Shown in pieces: positions 1 to 9,239 of a stretch of 64,000 nt of DNA. The notes under the pieces were generated by a model. That model had not been told where the DNA came from, searched no databases, and worked only from the letters and a program-made list of their open reading frames with translations. The DNA comes from Vicinamibacterales bacterium (GTDB taxonomy: Bacteria; Acidobacteriota; Vicinamibacteria; Vicinamibacterales; CAVVIG01), in NCBI GenBank assembly GCA_050249955.1, contig JBFWPN010000003.1, forward strand, positions 503,204 to 567,203, given 5' to 3'. The translations under genes and the position numbers were made by a program. Numbering within the stretch: position 1 is the first letter of the stretch; the number at the start of each line of letters is the position of its first letter.

Positions 1-1
1 C

Positions 2-1972
2 TCGGTGGTGAACTACAACGGCGTGCTGAGCGGCCGGTTCTTCGTCGAGGCACTGTTCTCGCAGCGACACTTCACCTTCGAGGGCGACGGCGCCACCTCG
101 ACCGACCTGGTCGACGGGACGCTGATGATCGACAACTCGCAGGGGTATCGCTTCTGGTCGGCCACCTTCTGCGGCGTCTGCGACCCGACGAAGCGGGACA
201 ACATGGACATCTACGGCAAGGCGACCTACTTCCTGTCGCCTGCCAGGGGCGGCTCGCACACGCTGACGTTCGGGGCCGACGCCTTCAACGACAAGATGTT
301 CTCCAACAACCACCAGTCCGGCAGCGACTACCGCATCTACAACACCGGATCCGTCATCCGCGGCACCGGTGACAGCGCGGTGATCTACCCGGTGGCGCTG
401 GGTGACGGCTCGACGTTCATCCAGTGGAACCCGATCCCGCTCGGCAGCCGGGGGTCGAACTTCCGGACGTTCTCCACCTTCATCAACGACAGCTGGCGCG
501 TCAACGGCCGCCTCACGGCCAACCTGGGCCTGCGCTGGGACAAGAACCGCGGGCGCGACCAGCAGGGGACACTCGTGGCCAACGACAGCGCATTCAGCCC
601 GCGCCTGGGCGTGGTGCTGGATCCGTTCGGTGACCAGAAGTGGTCGGTGACCGGCAGCTTCGCCCAGTACGTGTCGGCGCTGAACAGCGCCATCGGCGAC
701 TCGGCGTCCGGCGCCGGCAACCCGCAGACCTATCGCTTCGCGTACCTCGGGCCCAGCATCAACGCCAACGTGAATGCACCGCTCACGAGTACGCCTGACG
801 CCATCCGCCAGATTTTCGACTGGTACTTCGCGAATGGCGCCGAGCGGCTGCCGCTCATCAGCCAGCCGGACATCCCCGGCGTGACCCCGCAGATCCGCGG
901 CAACCTCAAGTCGCCGAACGTGCTCGAGTATGCCGCCGGCCTCAACCGGCAGTTCGGGTCGCGCGCTTCGCTGCGTGCCGACGTCGTCTACCGCAACTAT
1001 CGCGACTTCTACGCGGAGCGCACCGACACCACGACCGGCCAGGTCACCAACAGCATCGGGCAGCGCTTCGACCTGGCGCTCTACGAGAACACGAACCTGC
1101 TCAAGCGGCGCTACAAGGGGCTCACCGCGCAGGGCACGTACCGCTTCAGCCCGCGCACCGACCTCGGCGCCACCTACACGCTGTCGCGCACCTACGGCAA
1201 CTTCAACGGGGAGAACGTGGTGTCGGGGCCCCTCGCGGCACTCGTCCTCAGCTATCCCGAGTACGCCCAGGAAGCGTGGAACTACCCGGAGGGTGACCTG
1301 CAGGTCGATCAGCGGCATCGGGCGCGGCTCTGGCTGAACGTCGGCGTCCCCGCCGTGAAGAACCTCACCGTGAGCCTGCTGCAGACGCTCGAGACCGGCG
1401 TGCCGTTCGGTCCCAACAACATCAACGCGGCCAACGCCAACGGGGTCAACCCGATCCCCTACGTCAACAACCCCGGCTACCTGACGCCGCCGGACGGCAC
1501 GGTGACGAACTACTTCTTCAGCGTCGACTGCACCAACGTGCCGGCGGCCGTCACCACCGCCGGGTACGACTGCACCAGCGGCGCCTCGCGCGACGCGTTC
1601 CGGACGGTGGGCCAGAAGCGCACCGACCTCGCCGTGAACTACACCTTCCGCATCCCGGCCGCGGGGAACCTCCAGTTCTTCGCGCACATGGACGTGGTCA
1701 ACCTGTTCGACCAGTCGCAGCTCTGCGGCTGTGGCGGCACGGTCTTCGGCAACCAGAACGCCCACGGCGGCGGGGTGACCCAGACCCGGATCGACCAGAC
1801 CGTGCGCACCAACGCCTCGCACCCGGCGCTCTACGCGCCCTTCAATCCGTTCACGACGACGCCGGTGCAGGGTGTGCACTGGAACTACGGCCCGAACTTC
1901 GGCAGGGCGGTGAGCCGCTTCGCCTACACCACGCCGCGGATGTTCCGCGTCAACGTGGGCATCCGTTTCTAG
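2..1972 (+). CDS. TonB-dependent receptor (Oar-like), C-terminal part; start lies upstream of the window
   Basis: Beta-barrel motifs FINDSWRV..LTANLGLRWD and FSPRLG; C-terminal TTPRMFRVNVGIRF ending in Phe. Confidence 0.9.
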   Translation, partial: SVVNYNGVLSGRFFVEALFSQRHFTFEGDGATSTDLVDGTLMIDNSQGYRFWSATFCGVCDPTKRDNMDIYGKATYFLSPARGGSHTLTFGADAFNDKMFSNNHQSGSDYRIYNTGSVIRGTGDSAVIYPVALGDGSTFIQWNPIPLGSRGSNFRTFSTFINDSWRVNGRLTANLGLRWDKNRGRDQQGTLVANDSAFSPRLGVVLDPFGDQKWSVTGSFAQYVSALNSAIGDSASGAGNPQTYRFAYLGPSINANVNAPLTSTPDAIRQIFDWYFANGAERLPLISQPDIPGVTPQIRGNLKSPNVLEYAAGLNRQFGSRASLRADVVYRNYRDFYAERTDTTTGQVTNSIGQRFDLALYENTNLLKRRYKGLTAQGTYRFSPRTDLGATYTLSRTYGNFNGENVVSGPLAALVLSYPEYAQEAWNYPEGDLQVDQRHRARLWLNVGVPAVKNLTVSLLQTLETGVPFGPNNINAANANGVNPIPYVNNPGYLTPPDGTVTNYFFSVDCTNVPAAVTTAGYDCTSGASRDAFRTVGQKRTDLAVNYTFRIPAAGNLQFFAHMDVVNLFDQSQLCGCGGTVFGNQNAHGGGVTQTRIDQTVRTNASHPALYAPFNPFTTTPVQGVHWNYGPNFGRAVSRFAYTTPRMFRVNVGIRF

Positions 1973-1991
1973 GTCGTACACACGGAGGCGG

Positions 1992-2021
1992 CGCGCCCGG
2001 GCAGGCATCCGCCCGGGCGCG
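1992..2021 (+). terminator. GC-rich hairpin after the TonB receptor gene, possible terminator
   Basis: Perfect 11-bp stem cgcgcccgggc/gcccgggcgcg with 8-nt loop; no U tract. Confidence 0.4.
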
Positions 2022-2064
2022 ACCGGCCTCAACCCGCGCCGGCCGGGTGCGCTATGCTAGCGGC

Positions 2065-2967
2065 GTGATTTCCGAGGCCCTGGTTCGCGAGTTCACGGCG
2101 CTGGCGCACAGCCCGGACCCCGACCTCGCCGTCGCAGCCCTGCTGATGGCGAGGGTGGCGTACCCGACGATCGACACCGCGGCCTACCTGGAACACCTCG
2201 ACGCGCTCGGGCGTGAGGCGCAGGACCGGGTCGCCCACGCCACCATCGACGATCTCGAGATCCCGCCCCACGTCGACCCGGCGCTCTTCGCCCGCGTGGC
2301 GGCGCTCAACCGGTTCCTCTTCGAGCACGAGCGGTTCGTCGGCAACGACGCCCAGTACGACGACCCGCGCAACAGCTTCCTCAACGAGGTGCTCGACCGC
2401 CGCACGGGCATCCCGATCACGCTGGCGCTGGTCTACATGGAAGTGGCGAAGCGGGCGGGGGTCGAGGTGGAAGGGGTCAACTTCCCCGGGCACTTCCTGC
2501 TGCGATGCCGGGGGGCCCAGGGCACCCGCTATTCGCGCGACCTGATCATCGACGCCCACCACGGGGGAGCGCTGCTCACCGAGACCATGTGCCGCGAGCT
2601 CCTGGCGCGGCACACGGGCAGCGACGTCGTGTGGGACTCGCACATGCTGGCGCACGCGACCAAGCTGCAGATCCTCACGCGCATGCTGCTGAACCTGAAG
2701 CGGGCCTACGTCCGCCTCTATTCGTTCCAGCAGGCCCGCGACGTCACCGAACTGCTGCTCGCGGTCGACCCGGCCGCCGCCACCGAGCTGCGCGACCGCG
2801 GCCTGCTCGCCTATCACCTGAACGACCTGCCGTCGGCGCTGCGCGACCTGCAGACCTACCTCCAGATGTCCAGGGGCTCGGAGCTCGACGAAGACGAGCG
2901 TGACGAGCACGCGAAGATCTGGGAGCACGTCAAGACGCTCCGCCGCCGCGTCGCCTCGCTCAACTGA
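2065..2967 (+). CDS. SirB1-family transglutaminase-like/TPR protein
   Basis: YDDPRNSFLNEVLDRRTGIPITL, GVNFPGHFL, ELRDRGLL; GTG 2065 chosen because it lies 6 nt after TATGCT. Confidence 0.88.
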   Translation: MISEALVREFTALAHSPDPDLAVAALLMARVAYPTIDTAAYLEHLDALGREAQDRVAHATIDDLEIPPHVDPALFARVAALNRFLFEHERFVGNDAQYDDPRNSFLNEVLDRRTGIPITLALVYMEVAKRAGVEVEGVNFPGHFLLRCRGAQGTRYSRDLIIDAHHGGALLTETMCRELLARHTGSDVVWDSHMLAHATKLQILTRMLLNLKRAYVRLYSFQQARDVTELLLAVDPAAATELRDRGLLAYHLNDLPSALRDLQTYLQMSRGSELDEDERDEHAKIWEHVKTLRRRVASLN

Positions 2968-3631
2968 CCCTCGTCGCGTCTCCCGCCGCCGCAGGCCTCC
3001 GGCCTGGGCACCGCTCCGACACGGGGCACACCACACAGTGAGGCTCGTCCGTGCAGGTCAGCACGGCATGGTGCCGCAGGTACAGCGCCGCACGCCTGAA
3101 CGTGTCGGCCATCGGCGGCAGCTCGCGGGCCATGGCGTGGCGCAGGGGTCCCGGTCGGGGCCGATCCACACCCGGGTCGATCCCCAGTCGGCCGGCCAGC
3201 CGCACCACGTCGCGATCCAGCGGCATCACGCAGTGATCACCGCCGAACAGCAGCAGCCGATGCGGGCTGCCGTCACCAAGCCTCGGCAGGGCAGCCACCG
3301 CACGCCGGGCACGCCGGATCGGCCCACGGATGGTGGCGGCCAGGGCAGGATCGCGGCGAAAGGACTGGACGCCCCGCAGGAGCGCCTCCAGGCGCTGCTC
3401 GCCGTAGGGGCCCGCCAGGGCCACGGCCGCCTGCAGCCGCCCGCGAGGCGCGCGGAACATGGCGTCGGGCGTGAGTGCGGGCAGGCGCTGCAGCGCCGCA
3501 TAGGCGAGGTCGCGGCGGCCGGGGGTGGTCTGCGCGCTCAGCGCATCCCAGACGAAGTAGCGGAAGGGATCGGTGGGTGGCGACGGGAGCGGTCCATAGA
3601 ACCGCTCCAGCGTCGCCAGCAGCACGAGCAC
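2960..3631 (-). CDS. Endonuclease III-like HhH-GPD protein, degenerate catalytic motif, Fe-S Cys cluster
   Basis: PTDPF..VWDALSAQT, PLD, C-terminal C-x5-C-x2-C-x5-C. Confidence 0.7.
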   Translation of the reverse strand: MLVLLATLERFYGPLPSPPTDPFRYFVWDALSAQTTPGRRDLAYAALQRLPALTPDAMFRAPRGRLQAAVALAGPYGEQRLEALLRGVQSFRRDPALAATIRGPIRRARRAVAALPRLGDGSPHRLLLFGGDHCVMPLDRDVVRLAGRLGIDPGVDRPRPGPLRHAMARELPPMADTFRRAALYLRHHAVLTCTDEPHCVVCPVSERCPGRRPAAAGDATRVS

Positions 3632-3632
3632 G

Positions 3633-5000
3633 TCAGAGCTTCCCGATCTCCTCGTAGAGAATCGCCGACGAGATGATGCCGTTGTGGAAGTTGCCACAAT
3701 CCAGCTTCTCGTTCGGTGCGTGTGCGTTCTCGTCCGGCAGGCCCACCCCGAACAGCACAGACGGCAGGCCGAGTTCCTCCTGGAACGTGGCCACGACCGG
3801 AATGGACCCGCCCTCGCGCGTGAAGACCGGCGCCCGTCCGAACCCCTGCTCGATCGCCCGTCCCGCCGCCTGGATGAACTTGTTGTCGAACGACGCCATC
3901 CACGGCTTCCCGCCGTGCATGCGGGTCACCTTCACCTCGACCGTCTTCGGCGCGATCTTCGCGAGGTAGTCCTCGAACAGCTGCGCGATCTTGTCCGGAT
4001 CCTGGTTCGGCACCAGGCGCATGCTGACCTTGGCCATCGCGACGGCCGGCAGGACGGTCTTGGCGCCTTCGCCCGTGAAGCCCGAGAGCAGTCCATTCAC
4101 CTCGAACGTGGGCCGGGCCCAGGTGCGCTCGAGCGTCGTGTAGCCGGACTCACCGTGCACCTTGGGAATGCCGAAGTCCTTGCGGTACTGCTTCTCGTTG
4201 AAGGGCAGCGTGGCCCACGCCTTCCGCTCCTCCTCCGTCAACGGCACCACATCGTCGTAGAAGCCGGTGATCTTGATGTTGCCGCTCTTGTCCTTGCACT
4301 GCGTGAGCATGTGGGCCAGCACCATCGCCGGGTTCGCCACCGCCCCTCCGAAGACACCGGAGTGCAGGTCGGTGCTGCTGCCGCGCAGGTCGATCTGGAA
4401 ATAGACGAGGCCGCGCAGGCCGTAGCAGATCGAGGGCACGCCGCGCGCGAACATCGCCGAGTCCGAGATGACGACGACGTCGGCCGCGAGGCGCTCCTTG
4501 TTGGCCTTGACGAAGTTGTCCAGGTTGGCGCTGCCAACCTCCTCCTCGCCCTCGAGGATGATCTTCATGTTCACCGGCAGCCGGCCGTTCTGCGTGATGT
4601 GGGCTTCGATCGCCTTGAGGTGCATGAAGACCTGCCCCTTGTCGTCGGCGGCGCCACGCGCGTAAATCTCGCCGTCGCGCACGGTGGCCTCGAACGGGGG
4701 CGTGGTCCACAGGTCCAGGGGATCCACCGGCTGCACGTCGTAGTGGCCGTAGAAGAGGATCGTGGGGGCGCCCTCCGCACCCAGCCAGTCGCCGTAGACC
4801 ACCGGGTTGCCCGGGGTCTCGATGAGCTCGACATTCTGGAGGCCGACGCGCCGCATCTCACCGGCGCACCACTCCGCGCAGCGCCTGACGTCGCCCGCGT
4901 GCTCGGGAAGGGCGCTGACGCTCGGAATCGCGAGCAGCGCCTTCAGTTCATCGAGGTAGCGTTCACGGTGGACGTTGATGTAGTCGATGACGTTGTTCAT
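3633..5000 (-). CDS. M20-family dipeptidase (ArgE/DapE/Acy1 superfamily)
   Basis: YGHYDVQP, RGAADDKGQ, EGEEE, GGSIP, AHAPNE. Confidence 0.93.
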   Translation of the reverse strand: MNNVIDYINVHRERYLDELKALLAIPSVSALPEHAGDVRRCAEWCAGEMRRVGLQNVELIETPGNPVVYGDWLGAEGAPTILFYGHYDVQPVDPLDLWTTPPFEATVRDGEIYARGAADDKGQVFMHLKAIEAHITQNGRLPVNMKIILEGEEEVGSANLDNFVKANKERLAADVVVISDSAMFARGVPSICYGLRGLVYFQIDLRGSSTDLHSGVFGGAVANPAMVLAHMLTQCKDKSGNIKITGFYDDVVPLTEEERKAWATLPFNEKQYRKDFGIPKVHGESGYTTLERTWARPTFEVNGLLSGFTGEGAKTVLPAVAMAKVSMRLVPNQDPDKIAQLFEDYLAKIAPKTVEVKVTRMHGGKPWMASFDNKFIQAAGRAIEQGFGRAPVFTREGGSIPVVATFQEELGLPSVLFGVGLPDENAHAPNEKLDCGNFHNGIISSAILYEEIGKL

Positions 5001-5026
5001 GGCGTGCGGTCACTCCCTGGACGGGG

Positions 5027-5839
5027 TCAGCGGGCGGACCAGCGGTCGCCGTCGGTCACGGCCCGTCCCTCCCGTCCGAGTTTCTCGAGGTGCGCGCGCA
5101 CGGTCTCGTGCGCGGCCGGCAGCAGTGCCGGATCCAACCCATCATAGATGGATTCCGCGATGGCGGGGATGGTGTCCAGGCCCGCGGCCAGCGCGGCCGC
5201 CACCTGGGCTTCGCGCGCCAGCCTGTGCTCGATGTGCCGGGCCAGCGCACGGTCCGGATCGTCGATGGGCTCGCCATGCGCGGGCAGCAGCCTCCGTGGG
5301 TACAACGCCCGGATGCGCGCGAGCGACGCCAGGTACTCGGTGAGGTCGCCCCCCCGGCTGGCGTGAATCATGACGCTGCCCCTGGCCATCACCAGGTCGC
5401 CCACGAAGACGGTGCCGCTCGGCTCGTGCCAGAACGCCACGTGGTCGGGCGCATGCCCGGGCGTGTGCAGGGCGATGAGGTCCTCCCCCCCGATGTCCAG
5501 CCGCGCTCCATCGTCGACCGGCTGCCAGGAGACGCCGAACCGGTGGTCGTCGCGCGGCCAGGGCCGCTTGTGGAAGGAGGCGACCGGGTGGGCCTCGCCG
5601 ACCCGCGGCGCGCCAGAGGCGTGGTCGGTGTGACCGTGCGTCACCAGCACGTGCGCCAGTGTAGCGGCGTGGTGCCACAGGTGACGGTCGAGCAGGTCCA
5701 GGTGCGCGGCGTGGCCCTGGCCCGCGTCGATGAGCGTGGCGCTTCCGCCCCGGCCCACGATCAGGAACGTGTTGTTCCCCTCGCCGGTCCACGGACCCGG
5801 GTTGTGCGCGTGCACGAGGATCGGCTCGAACGTGGTCAC
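5027..5839 (-). CDS. MBL-fold metallo-hydrolase (LACTB2-like, C-terminal winged helix)
   Basis: THGHTDH, TPGHAPDH, VGD, LPAHG; GTGA overlap with upstream stop. Confidence 0.88.
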   Translation of the reverse strand: MTTFEPILVHAHNPGPWTGEGNNTFLIVGRGGSATLIDAGQGHAAHLDLLDRHLWHHAATLAHVLVTHGHTDHASGAPRVGEAHPVASFHKRPWPRDDHRFGVSWQPVDDGARLDIGGEDLIALHTPGHAPDHVAFWHEPSGTVFVGDLVMARGSVMIHASRGGDLTEYLASLARIRALYPRRLLPAHGEPIDDPDRALARHIEHRLAREAQVAAALAAGLDTIPAIAESIYDGLDPALLPAAHETVRAHLEKLGREGRAVTDGDRWSAR

Positions 5840-7116
5840 CGGCGTGGCGTGCCGTGCCCGAGTGTCAGGCCGACTGACGTGCGCGGCTGGAATCCCTTGA
5901 AGTCCGCCCCGTCCTTGTCGAAGTACGCGCGCCGATCCGCCTGCCCCTTCACGAACAGCTCGAAGAACGCCGTCGCGAAGTGGTCCAGGATGTTGTTCAT
6001 CCGCACGCTGTCCCACACGGCGTCGGCGTAGTGGAGGAACGGATAGGACTTCAGGCGCTCGGAGTACTGGTAGGTCTCGATCGGCGGCGGGATGGGCGCC
6101 CCGGCATTGTGGTTGGCGTTGACGTAGGTGAGCAGCCAGCGCTCGGCGTTCACCGCACCTTCGTAGATCGCCTTGGTGCCCTTCTCGTACTGCGCCACCA
6201 CGTCGGCGCTGCCGGCCACGAACAGGACCGGTGTACGGATGCCCGCCAGGCCGTTCGCGTCCCAGAAGCCATTCTGCATCCCCCAGGGGGCAATCGCGAT
6301 CGCCGCCTTGATGCGCGGATCCACCTTGCCCGCCACGGCCGGATTCGACGCGGCCCGCTCGGACAGCAGCCGGTTGGGCGGCGCGTTGCTGGCCGTGACG
6401 CTGGCTTCACTGTAGCCACCGCCGATCACGTTCACGAGTCCGTAGCCGCCCATGGAGTACCCGACCATGCCGACGCGTGTGCTGTCGACGATGCCGGCCA
6501 GGAAACTGCCGGAACCCGCACGCCCCAGCCGTGCCACCTCGTCCAGGACGAACAACTGGTCGAACGGGCGGTTGTAGAGCGTGCTGGCGAACGCCTGCTG
6601 ATCGTCGTACGTGCTCTCGGGATGATCGATGGCGACGACGACGAAGCCCTTGCTGGCGAGGTTCTCGCACAAGTGGCTCATCAGGTAGCGGTTGCCCGGG
6701 TAGCCGTGGGAGACCAGGATCAGGGGGAACGCACCCTCACCCGCAAGCGGCTCCGCGCCCCTCACTGCCCGGCCGTACAGGATGGCCGTGACCGACGGAT
6801 CGCGGGTGATGACACGCTGCGCGCCCCCCTGCTGTTGCCCGGGCGCCAGACGCGCCGGGTACCACGCCTCGAGCACGAATCGGCGGTCGGTGCGGGCCAC
6901 GGGGCCGCCCTCCTTCGTGCCGAGGATGTCCACCCGGTTGCTGTCGGTGGCGTCGAAGGTGCGCACGCCGATGGCATAGCGGCCGAACGTCGCCAGTTCC
7001 GGCGCGAACGGCGACACCATGTCGATTCGGTTGGTCTGCGCGCGGACGGAGAGGGGGTGGACGGCGATCAGGGCGGTGCACAGGGCAAGGGTGCTGAGCG
7101 AGGTGCGGGTGGTCAT
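5836..7116 (-). CDS. Secreted alpha/beta hydrolase (dienelactone hydrolase/PAF-acetylhydrolase-like)
   Basis: Signal peptide, SHGYPG, nucleophile GYSMG, late D and H residues. Confidence 0.85.
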   Translation of the reverse strand: MTTRTSLSTLALCTALIAVHPLSVRAQTNRIDMVSPFAPELATFGRYAIGVRTFDATDSNRVDILGTKEGGPVARTDRRFVLEAWYPARLAPGQQQGGAQRVITRDPSVTAILYGRAVRGAEPLAGEGAFPLILVSHGYPGNRYLMSHLCENLASKGFVVVAIDHPESTYDDQQAFASTLYNRPFDQLFVLDEVARLGRAGSGSFLAGIVDSTRVGMVGYSMGGYGLVNVIGGGYSEASVTASNAPPNRLLSERAASNPAVAGKVDPRIKAAIAIAPWGMQNGFWDANGLAGIRTPVLFVAGSADVVAQYEKGTKAIYEGAVNAERWLLTYVNANHNAGAPIPPPIETYQYSERLKSYPFLHYADAVWDSVRMNNILDHFATAFFELFVKGQADRRAYFDKDGADFKGFQPRTSVGLTLGHGTPRR

Positions 7117-7185
7117 AGGACTGGGCGATTCTAGTGCGACTCGGGCGTCTGGGGCCGCGACGTCATCGACGGGCGCGGCGGACGC

Positions 7186-8424
7186 TCAGAAGCTGTACCG
7201 CATGGCGACGGCCGCGTTGGAATTGCGGCGGTACTGGCCGAGGAAGTCTGCCTCGTCACCAGCGATGACCGTGCCGCTGAGCGTCAGGCGCCAGTGCTGG
7301 CCGCGGGACTGCGAGAACTCCCCCTTCACGTACACGCCGGCACCGTCCTGGCGCACGGCGGTTTCGACGGCGGCGCTCCGGGTGGAGTCGATCGTGTACG
7401 ACGCGCGGGCCACCAGCGAACGGGTCAGCCCGCGGTTCGGCGCGAAGGCGCCCGGCACGCGGCGCTCGGTCACCACCTCTCCGGCGTAGCCGCCGAGCAG
7501 GAGCCACTCGCCGGTCTGCCGCTCCACCTGGATGACATACAGCACGTAGTCGTCTGCATCGCGATCGGGAGCGTGGAACACGGCCATCTCGCCCTTCAGG
7601 GTGAACCAGCGGGTCGGCACGGCCGCATCGGCCCCGACCGAGCGCAGGCGCGGATACGACCGCGCCACCATCAGCCCGGGGACGACGCCGGGCGTGGGCA
7701 CGGCCCGTACCATCGGCAGGTGGTTGAGCCCGTCGAATGCCGAGACCGACAGTTCGTAGCCGCTGCCCGTGTGCCCCCAGCGGACACCCAGCTGGTCGCG
7801 GCCGGGCAGCAGGGGATCGGCGACGAACAGCGCATAGCCGGACACCTCGTCTGGCAGCACGGTCCAGCGCTGGTCGATGAGCGGCATGCGGCTCGGGGTG
7901 AACCGCGGGAGCCAGGCCACGTCGATGGTCTCGCTGCCGAGCTGCACCACGCCGCGCGCGCCGGTCACCGGCAGGAACTCGCTGTTGATCACGTTGATGA
8001 AGTCGCGCGGCGCGAAGTGGTCGGTCGGTGTGACGATGTCGGCCTTGCCCCAGCGGATGAACTGCTTGCCGACGTCGAGCGTGACCGGCCCGCGCGTGAA
8101 CGTCGCCGCGAGGCGCCGGGTGGCGATCGCCGGCCGGCGCAGGCGGCGGTCACCCAGGTCGATCCGCCAGGCCCGGTCCACCTGGTCGTGGGTGTTGGCG
8201 CGCAGGTCGGCGCCGGCGGAGAGCTGGAGCCACGGAGCCGGACGGATGAAGAGCTCCTCCCGCAGCAGCAGGTCCACCACGACGTTCGTCGCGTCGCGAG
8301 GCGCGTCCTGCGGGAAGAGCAGCGCCCCCGCCTCCACGAAGCCCCGCTGCGTCACGGCCTGCCCCGACGCGGATGGCGCCACGTGCAGCAGCGCAACGAG
8401 GATGGCGGCGACGCGGCGCATCAC
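7186..8424 (-). CDS. Putative outer-membrane beta-barrel protein (DUF1302-like)
   Basis: Signal peptide, GKQFIRWG..PTD motif, amphipathic strands, C-terminal MRYSF. Confidence 0.7.
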   Translation of the reverse strand: MMRRVAAILVALLHVAPSASGQAVTQRGFVEAGALLFPQDAPRDATNVVVDLLLREELFIRPAPWLQLSAGADLRANTHDQVDRAWRIDLGDRRLRRPAIATRRLAATFTRGPVTLDVGKQFIRWGKADIVTPTDHFAPRDFINVINSEFLPVTGARGVVQLGSETIDVAWLPRFTPSRMPLIDQRWTVLPDEVSGYALFVADPLLPGRDQLGVRWGHTGSGYELSVSAFDGLNHLPMVRAVPTPGVVPGLMVARSYPRLRSVGADAAVPTRWFTLKGEMAVFHAPDRDADDYVLYVIQVERQTGEWLLLGGYAGEVVTERRVPGAFAPNRGLTRSLVARASYTIDSTRSAAVETAVRQDGAGVYVKGEFSQSRGQHWRLTLSGTVIAGDEADFLGQYRRNSNAAVAMRYSF

Positions 8425-9239
8425 TGGCGACGGATCGCCTGCAGCGTGAAGTCCTCGTCCTTCAGCGGGACGTTGTACTGCAGCTTGTCGAGCGTGAGCC
8501 GGGTGCGGCTGTTGCGCTTCAGGTCGTGCATCTCGAGGACCCGCGCGGTCCAGATCCCCTGCACGTTCTGGATGTCGGCGTAGTTCAGGCGCCGCACGAG
8601 CTGATCCTTCGCGTAGTTCTCAATCCGCGCGAGGGCGTAGTTGTCCTTCCGGATCCAGACGGTGGAGCGCGAGTACTGGGACGACTTGGTCTGCTTCGGG
8701 GTGGACTGGATCTTCCAGGTGGCCGCGCCGTCGATCGTGTCGTCGCCCAGCATGGCGTAGTCGTACTGGTTGACGTCGCGTTCCTCCAGGTCCTCGAAGC
8801 TGAAGTCGGTGCCGAAGAACCGGGTGGACCGGTCCTGCAGCGCAATCCGCCGGTCGCGCTCGATGGCGGGGGTCCACATCCACTGGTCGGACGCACGGTC
8901 CGGGTGATTGACGACGAGCAGCGCCACCCCCTTCACCTCGGCCGGCTGGGTGAAGCGCAGGACCATGCGGCTGTTCCCGTGCGACCCGAGCCGTTCCAGC
9001 GTCCAGCGCTTGTCCGACACCTTGCCCTTCGCATCGAACACCTGCAGGATCCCCTCGTACCGCTGGGACTGCGCCGTCGTGCGCTTCTGCGATTCCTCGA
9101 CCACCTGCCGCGCGTCGTCCGCCGCGCGCACCACCACACCGGACCACGTCCAGCCGAACGCGAGCACCAGGAGCATGGCTCCGGTTGCTCGGCGCCGGCG
9201 GCGCGCCTGGTCGACGGCGGAGATGGGCCACCTATTCAT
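8421..9239 (-). CDS. LolA-like outer membrane lipoprotein-sorting family protein
   Basis: RFTQPAEVKGVALL, DQWMWTPA..RRI, FFGTDFSFEDL; start may instead be the downstream ATG (MLLVL). Confidence 0.85.
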   Translation of the reverse strand: MNRWPISAVDQARRRRRATGAMLLVLAFGWTWSGVVVRAADDARQVVEESQKRTTAQSQRYEGILQVFDAKGKVSDKRWTLERLGSHGNSRMVLRFTQPAEVKGVALLVVNHPDRASDQWMWTPAIERDRRIALQDRSTRFFGTDFSFEDLEERDVNQYDYAMLGDDTIDGAATWKIQSTPKQTKSSQYSRSTVWIRKDNYALARIENYAKDQLVRRLNYADIQNVQGIWTARVLEMHDLKRNSRTRLTLDKLQYNVPLKDEDFTLQAIRRQ

